From: Chrysomallon squamiferum
Taxonomy: Eukaryota; Animalia; Mollusca
Direction: 5' to 3'
Assembly: GCA_012295275.1 (NCBI GenBank)
Contig: CM022672.1
Span: 15,934,001 to 15,998,000 of the forward strand
Length of the DNA stretch: 64,000 nucleotides
Part shown: positions 55,998-64,000 of the stretch, in pieces
How the letters are laid out: the number at the start of each line of letters is the position of its first letter
Position numbering within the stretch: position 1 is the first letter of the stretch
The notes under the pieces: generated by a model
Told to the model about the DNA's origin: nothing
What the model saw: the letters and a program-made list of their open reading frames with translations, nothing else
Database searches by the model: none
Made by a program: the position numbers and the translations under genes

Positions 55998-58900
55998 TGA
56001 GTGAATATATAGGTATGCAGGCATCTATCTGTTATACAAATACACACAAATATGTATGCTCACACAAATGCATTTCATATATGTTCAATATATTTTTATG
56101 TATTTTTATGCCTCAGAAAGACAGTGTTTGTCTTTGACACAAAGATTTAAGTAAATAGTTCATTGGCAGAACAGTGTGTTAGATACTAAATTCTCATACT
56201 GGGAATGCAGGTTTGAATATTCTTTGGGAAAAATTAACATAAAAAGATTTAGAAGTAACTTCATAGATCATTTCTTTGATGTTTGATTATGTATTGATTA
56301 AATGAAAAGCAAACATTTTGTAACTACATTCAAGAAGCAGTTTATGTTGGTGAAAATAAACAGAACCACAAAACAAAAGAAAAGTAAAGTCATAACAACT
56401 TTTTCCCCCAAATTTAAAATACTCCATCCTCCAAAAAGATAATTAAAAAACTAAGTAAAAAAAAAAAAAAAGAAAAACAATTAAAAATAGAAATAAATAA
56501 ATAAAATAACAGTAAAAATAACAATTATAATAAAAAAATATATTTATTTATTAATAAATAAATAAATACTGTGCCATAAAACTTTTTTTTTCATTTCTTT
56601 TTTTCATTTTATTTAACAGTTTTGTCAAAAAATATACAAAAACATCATAAAAACTTTTAGCATTTCTCGAACACTTAAAAAAAAAAAAAAAAAAAAAATT
56701 AAAAAATAGAAAATTAAAAAAAAAAATGTCCCAATTTTCAGTTTACCTTCAAGGTGTAACAACAAATGTTAGCTTTTCTTTCTGCCTAAGATTCATAAAC
56801 AAAAGAAAGTTTTGTTTAGCTGGCAAAGACTGGAAAATGCTTGATCCATTGGTCATTTAGAAATTCAGTGACAACAACATACTTGGCCAAAGCAAACACA
56901 GAGTTTAAATATTTCCAGAAAACTTGTGTGTTTATTCGGCTATACAAGTTACCTTGAAATTTGTGTTAGTATTACTTAGAGCACAATACGGAGAGGGTTT
57001 ATTTCAAAATGTATATGACACAGGAGAAAGAAAAAAAAAAAGAAAGAGAGAAAGAAAAAAATGTGTATTCAACCAGTATGTGTGAGATATCAAAAGTATG
57101 TAATATTGCTGAATGAGGTATAAAAATGTTACTTTTGTGATTTTATGGGGTTTTTTAATATTGAAAATATTGTTTGAAAGAGAATTATAATTTATATTTA
57201 AGTAATAATAATAAGACAAAATATTAAAAAAAATAATAATAATCACAGATTTAAAAAGTGTTAAAATTGCCTTTAAACTTTAATTTCATTAGACATTTAA
57301 AAAAAAGAAAAGAAAATGTATTATTTGTTCTAATGCCTTTTCTTCTTTGTGTTTGTATTATTTACTAATCATTAGTTTATAAATTCATTATAATAATAAA
57401 AAGTTTTAAAAAGAAACACTTTTTAGTATTATTTATTACTCATTTCAAAGTGGATGTCTATTTTCTTTTTTCTTTAAGGTTTAAATAAAAAACTGTATTT
57501 TAAAATGATGCCAGAAGATAGTTTAGGCTAAATTTAATGTATAATAATTTAAATAAAAGCAACTTTATTTGAAAAGAAATGACATTAATAATTACTCATT
57601 CTTAGTAATATAAAACAAGTGAAATTTACTTATGTTCCTAACATCAAAATACATTTATTATCCAAAGTTATCTGTTTCTGTTTTTTTAAATTTATTTAAC
57701 TGTTCATAAATGAAAAAACATTAGCAAGTATTAATATTTTATTAGTATCGTTGTGAAATATATATTTTTTTATTTCAAGTGATATTTTAAATAATTTCTA
57801 ATGGTCAAAAAAGATAAAAATGTTTTATTTCAGAAAATCTACAAATAAAAACCAGTAAAACAATAAAAGAAAAAATTAATTTTAATAATTTTAAAACTAG
57901 GAAAGATAAACCTAATTTGGTTTGTTCAAGTACAATGCTTATTACTGACACTCCATATTTTGAAAGTAAACAATAAAACAAAAATTAATGAACATTTTTA
58001 TTACTTTTAAATAATAATAAATTATTATTTTATTCTAAATATTTTTACTGAAATTTATATGTTAAATAAAAATGTTAATTCACAATAGATCTGTTTTTAT
58101 AAGGAAAAATATCAAAACACAGATAGAAGTTAAACATATAAAATATAAATTAAGGATGGGAATTCGAGCTGGATAAAAAAACTTATAAAATTAATTTAAT
58201 CTAATACTTTTTTTCAGTTTATTTTTAGATCAGTTTTAAAAAAATACTTTAAAAAACCACATCTAAATATGTTTAAACACAGAAATGTAACTGAATTTTA
58301 GAATGAAATTGTCATTACTGAAAACTGATTTCAAAATTTAAATAATAAAAAATAAAAATATTAATAAAAAAGTAAAGTTTAAAACCAAAAAACGAGAGAC
58401 TATGAAAAAGTGAACTTTATGTAAATGAACAAAAAAAAAATAAAAAAAAATAAATAATCATAAAAAAAACTTTATATATGAGTTTGTTTTTTGCATCATT
58501 ACAATTCTGTTCATAAAATCTGTTTGAATTTGTGTAAAACTTGTAAATCAGTGTCACAATATTAATTTTACATAGAAGCAGGTGTGTGCAATATCACCAA
58601 TATGTCACAGCAAAAACAGGAACAGTTAAATACATGCATATAATTATAAATGTCACTGTATACGTGTACATATTTCAAATTATATATTTTTTTATAAATG
58701 TATAAATACATGCGTGCATGTGTTTGTCTGTATCTATGTACGTATGTATGCTTGTGTGCATATTTGTATGTGAGTATGAATGTGTGTATATGTATATATT
58801 ACTGTGGATATATTCTGTACAAAATTATTCACATTTTTGTGGTGAATGATATTTATTTGCATACAGGTTTGTAGAAGCAGATATGTGCAACTCAAAACAA

Positions 58901-59011
58901 GTTATAACATATTACTAAAACACTTAACTGAAATAAAATAAAATGAAATGAAACAAACAAATATAAAAATGGTTTTTGGGGGTAAAGGTGTGTATGAGAG
59001 ATTGTACTCAC

Positions 59012-59124
59012 CATTTGACAAACAAGTCACCGAAGAGACAGGTAAAGACATCGTTAGTAGCATCCATTCTGGGCCGTGCAGGATGGGCATACTGCGTTGG
59101 CCCGGCAAACTCAGAAAACATCAT
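59012..59124 (-). CDS. HR96: Probable coding exon 1 (N-terminal A/B region) MMFSEFAGPTQYAHPARPRMDATNDVFTCLFGDLFVK
   Basis: GC-richer island. It starts ATGATG at 59124, with an in-frame TAA upstream at 59190-59188. The donor is strong (AAATG|gtgagt, 59012/59011), and phase 2 matches the exon-2 acceptor (TG|C = Cys). No homology evidence is available. Confidence 0.62.
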
Positions 59125-59479
59125 CAGGACTGTGTGTGTGTGTGTGTGTGCGTCTGTTCTGTGGTCTAACAACCACAGGTACCAGAATTAACCAAAATCT
59201 CAACCACGAGAACCAAACAAACAAAAATATATATGTAAATTCTTCTTATGAAAAAAAAAAGAGAACTTTCTCCTGATCAATTTCCTTTATTTGTTGAGAG
59301 TTAAAAGTCCCTTGCAGTGTTTGGTGACAGGATAATCTTCCCAGTGTGTTGAGAACACATGTAAGAACAGACAAACAGACAATGAAGTCCTGTACGGCAT
59401 GTAAAAGGTTCTCCGACTCCCTCACACAATACAATAAAAAAACAATCCTTCACTGAAAAAATCTCAGCTGTTGTTCTGT

Positions 59480-60002
59480 CCACACGCACTCTATCATAAG
59501 ACTGAGCAGGCTACTCTTTCTCTCTCTCTCTCTCTTTCTAGCAGTGAATTGTGGGAAGACCAGAGCAGCGAATAGAAGAGGAAAAGTCTCACATACACAC
59601 TACCCATCAGGCTTTTGTAAACAAACAGTGTCACTGGAGGTTACCAAGTGCAGTTGAGAGAAGCTCGACCAATCGGAAGCCTTCGTTTGCCGATACTCCA
59701 CAGTGTGGTGTACAGCACAGGTCCGCCTTCATATCACACACACACAGGACTGAGCCATTTACGCAACAAGTAGGGGCAGGGCCTTCCTTCCCAGTGCTTC
59801 ACTGATTAGCAGCATTGTTAATGGCAAGGTTTTCTTACCCAGTTCAAAGACTTCTGACAGTAAAACAAACGGGTAGGGGTGGAGGGGTAGGTTTACAGAC
59901 TCATCGAGTGACTTTGAAATAAGAATTTAACTTCTGTTATGAAAACAGTTTTTGCCCTTTTTTAAATAATAGACTCAACTGATATATAAATGTGGTGAGT
60001 CA
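59480..60002 (-). promoter_or_regulatory. Putative promoter region upstream of exon 1
   Basis: Locally GC-richer. Motifs: TGTAAACAAACA (FOX-like, 59616-59627), CCAAT (59669-59673) next to CGGAAG (ETS-like), GGGGCAGGG (59773-59781), G-runs around 59871-59892, and TGAGTCA (AP-1, 59996-60002). Motif evidence only. Confidence 0.4.
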
Positions 60003-60203
60003 AAACTTTGACAAAGTATGATATGTATGTTATACACTTGTTATAAGAGTTTTATTGTAATTTTATGTATATTTAAATATACAAGTCTTATTTATTACAT
60101 ATATTAGTTGTATGTATATATGTATTTGATGTGTGTGTATATTATGTTTATGTGTATGCATGTATATTTGTTTACATATTTTGTATGTTTTTGTATGCAT
60201 ATA

Positions 60204-60241
<38 letters not shown>

Positions 60242-60944
60242 ACATCAGCTGTTGTAAAAGTTTGTTAAAAATTAGGTATGCATCTATTTAACCTGTGTCT
60301 ATAGTTATGATTATGTACATGTATATATGTTTAAGTGTATGTATTTATGTATTAATTTGTTCATTCAGATGTTAAATTTTAATAATGTGAATCACATGTT
60401 AATATTTCTTTACATTTGCCTATGTTAAATAAAATAATTGAGTTAAATAATTAATTGATCATCCATCCATCCAAACATCTGTCTCATATTCAGATTTATA
60501 TACTGTTTAAAATCTTACAAAAACACCATCACAATAATGTATACAATGATTTTCCATATAGCTGAAATAGTCTGAAAATTATGACGTTGTTGAAAACAAT
60601 TAAAATGTATGTACTGACAACATTTTATGAAAACAGGGTTCACAGAAATAAACACTGCTGATTTTATGTGCAAAAGGAGTACATGAGAATCTGAATGTAT
60701 ATTCATGAATATGTCAAAGCTTGATATGGTGTGCCTGTGATTGTATATTTGTGCATTGTAAAATAAAAATATAATGTGTTATTGTATTTGTTGTTGTTTG
60801 TGTTGCTAGTTGTGTGTAATCAGTGACTGTGTGTTTAAGCTTCTGATAAATTGTTTTCTACTAGCACTGATAACAAACTGCAACACACCCACATACAGAT
60901 TTGTACAGAAGCTCAGCCAAGCTTAAAGTGTACTGATAATCTGA

Positions 60945-60975
<31 letters not shown>

Positions 60976-61796
60976 GACACACTCCCACTCACAGACACAC
61001 ACATACAAAAAGACTCATCAACTCTACATAATAAATATCTTCACTGGACGCAGTTTATGATGTAGAACTGATTGCTAGCCACAGTGTAATTACGATCTTA
61101 AGCAGAAACTTTTAAGAAATTCCTGGAAAGTGATCTACTCGTGTATTGTGTAATAGACAACACAAACAGGTCAACTATCCCTTATTCAAAACCACCAGGA
61201 ACATTCCATAAACAGCCTGCAGGGGTTGTGCGTGATAAAAAAAAAAACATTCAGAAAAACATCTTGATGTAACATGCAGTAATTAAATTAAATCTACCTA
61301 CTTTATTATATATGCTTTACAAACACACATATATAAACAAGTAAATGAATAAATAAACAACTGAACAAACCAATAAATAACAATTAATTAATTAATTAAT
61401 TAATAAAGATTGTTTTTTAAAGTTTAGATGCTTCAATGTGAAATTATGCTCAGTAGAAACAGTTAATAATTTCACCTTGGCACAAAAGTCAAATGAACTA
61501 AAGTGGTGTAGAAAATATTATTATTGCAAAACAGAATTTGTGATGTCACAATAATTTTAATTATTTACAATATTTAAACTAAATAGCTGATTGAGAAGAG
61601 TTTCACTTATTACATTATTAATATCTATATCTACTTATCCATCTGTATATATAGCTATTGTAAAAAAAAAAAGTTCAGAGAGAAAAATAAAATTTAAAAA
61701 ATGTTTTTTCAACATTGACATAATAGATTTATTTTTTAAAACTCTTTTTCTTCATCACACTAATTTTCAAAAAGGGAAAAGTTAAAATACAAAATA

Positions 61797-61827
<31 letters not shown>

Positions 61828-64000
61828 TTTTAATCTGGGTTATTAAATGATACCTATATATATATATATTATCTAGGTTACTAAGCTATTTTAGCTCCAT
61901 CCATTCACATGGATGTTAACCCTTTTGATGTTAAAACAGTAAGAGTATTGGATCCATCAACACTGTTGAATGGAATGTTTCTGTTGAAACAGTTTGAGAG
62001 AAATGAAGTCTCAGTTTCTTCTTCATTTAGCTTTTTTTACTTGCATTCTATTTCCTCGTTGTTTATGAGTCTGTATATACATGAAATGTTTTTAAATAAA
62101 AGAATTTCAATGTTTTTAAAATAAAAGAATTTCAAAAGTATTTTAAAAATTTAAATAAATGTTAAGAAACAAATAAGTAAAACTAAAACATATTCTGAAA
62201 TGAATAAATAATTAAATTTCTAAAACATTTCAAAAATAAATAAATAAACATAATTCAGATGTAAGTGAAGGAAATGTTTGCCTGGGGTCTTTAACCTGCG
62301 AAGTTTAAAAATGTACATTTAAATACTAACTTACCTTTGATGGCCTGTCGAACCTTAAAACAAACTGATAAAGCATTTTGTTAAAAGGAAAAATCTTTTT
62401 TCTAACTCAGTGCACAAAATGTATTTCTCCACAAAATGTCAAAAGTCAAGTGCTTTTTCTTCTTTCTTTTTTGAAAAAAATGACAATTTAGTTTCCTTTA
62501 AATTTTTCTTTCTTTTCTTTTGTTTTCTTTTAAAAAAAATAAACAACAACAAAAAAGCTTTTATGTTCAAGTAGATTTTGTGTGTACTTAAATTAATGAA
62601 GGTTAACTAAAAAAACAAAGTAACTATTTTTACTCAGATTGATTTAAAATCCTATTTTGAGGCAAATGATGATTTTTTAATACGATTTACAAGTGAAATC
62701 GTCTTTCATTAAAACACTTGTAAGTCGTAAGTAATCAGATTTATTTAGCATTTTCATTAAGGTTAAGATATAATGCACTTCAGGCATTTTTAATTTTGAT
62801 TAGTAATGCAATATAAATTTTATTACATATATAACTTATTAAAGCATACTTATGATAATAATAATGATGATGATGATTATGATGATGATAAAGATAATAT
62901 AATAAATATAACAATAATAAATAAATAAATTGATGTTCAAATGTTAAAAAAATACTTGTATGTTTAGAAAAAAAACTAATTTTATTTTGTGCGTGTGTTT
63001 CATAAAGAACATAAATATTTTACACAGTCAAGTTCACACATTGGAAAAAGTTGAAATATTCAAATCAAACTGAATTAAAAATTCTGATAATTAAACATAA
63101 AACTTCCATAAATTCAATAATACAGTCTGCTTTATTTATTTATATTTATTTATTTTGTTTATTCATTTTCTTTTTCTGAATTTAGTGATTGCATTTAATG
63201 CCACATAATAATAATATTAATATTAATAATAATAACAGCAAAGCTTCTTTGATGCATTCTTCATTTTTTTATTTGTTTTATGCTTTAATCTTTTTTTTGG
63301 GGGGACAGGGTCTTTTGTGTTTATTTGTGCTATTTTAAAAAAATATTTTTTGACTGTTTACAATTTTTTTCTTTTCATTTTTCTAGCTGTTTTTTTTTTT
63401 GTTTCTTTTCTTCATTTTTTGCCACTCCCCTCTGATATTACATTCATGACGGAATTCTATTGAAGTTATTTCCTACCTACACAAAACCTTTGATTAACGC
63501 TAATGTCAAGGTAAACTTAATATTTCAAAGCAAACTATGACAGGTAAATATTTTTATTGGTGCATGGCTTTTTATATGTTAATAAATATTTATTTGTCAG
63601 CATTTAATAACAGTGACTTTTTTCTTTTTAATCAATGAATTATTATCAAAATCTTTACTAAAACCTCAATACATGATCACAGACAACATTATAATTTTTA
63701 TTTACTTATTTATTCTAATATCAGGTAATAACATTTTAAACACAGTCATACATTAATTATGGTGATGTTTTAAAAAAAAATAATTAAAAAAGAATAAAAC
63801 TAATAATGTGTATATGCCAAAATCCCAATTAAGATTTGATCTTGTAATTCTTCACAGCTTATGCAAAATCTCTGTCATTGACTAACAGCCAGATTTAGTG
63901 AGTAAATCGGAGAAAACATTGATTTGCATTCCGTTATAAATAAAGAAAATATGAGAAAAAAAAAAATAGAAACTGACTTTGAAAGACACCTTCAGAATTC

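Overview
This is AT-rich, microsatellite-rich animal genomic DNA, probably from a mollusc or other lophotrochozoan (inference); it is not prokaryotic. The one well-supported protein-coding gene is a minus-strand NR1J/HR96 (DAF-12/NHR-8 group) nuclear receptor. Three exons are secure (33311-33098, 24768-24602, 24333-23559), with GT-AG sites and matching phases. A probable first coding exon lies 25.7 kb upstream (59124-59012) and splices in frame, giving 422 aa (378 aa from the exon-2 ATG). The same spliced mRNA carries a 123-codon overlapping ORF in another frame. By eye, CpG is common in the first ~10 kb, which holds promoter/enhancer-like motif clusters and a decayed hAT-like MITE, and is depleted in most non-coding DNA beyond that. 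The rest is intron, UTR or intergenic DNA with many mini- and microsatellites. Most ORF-track entries are low-complexity artefacts. I found no tRNA, rRNA, CRISPR array or transposase/RT ORF.
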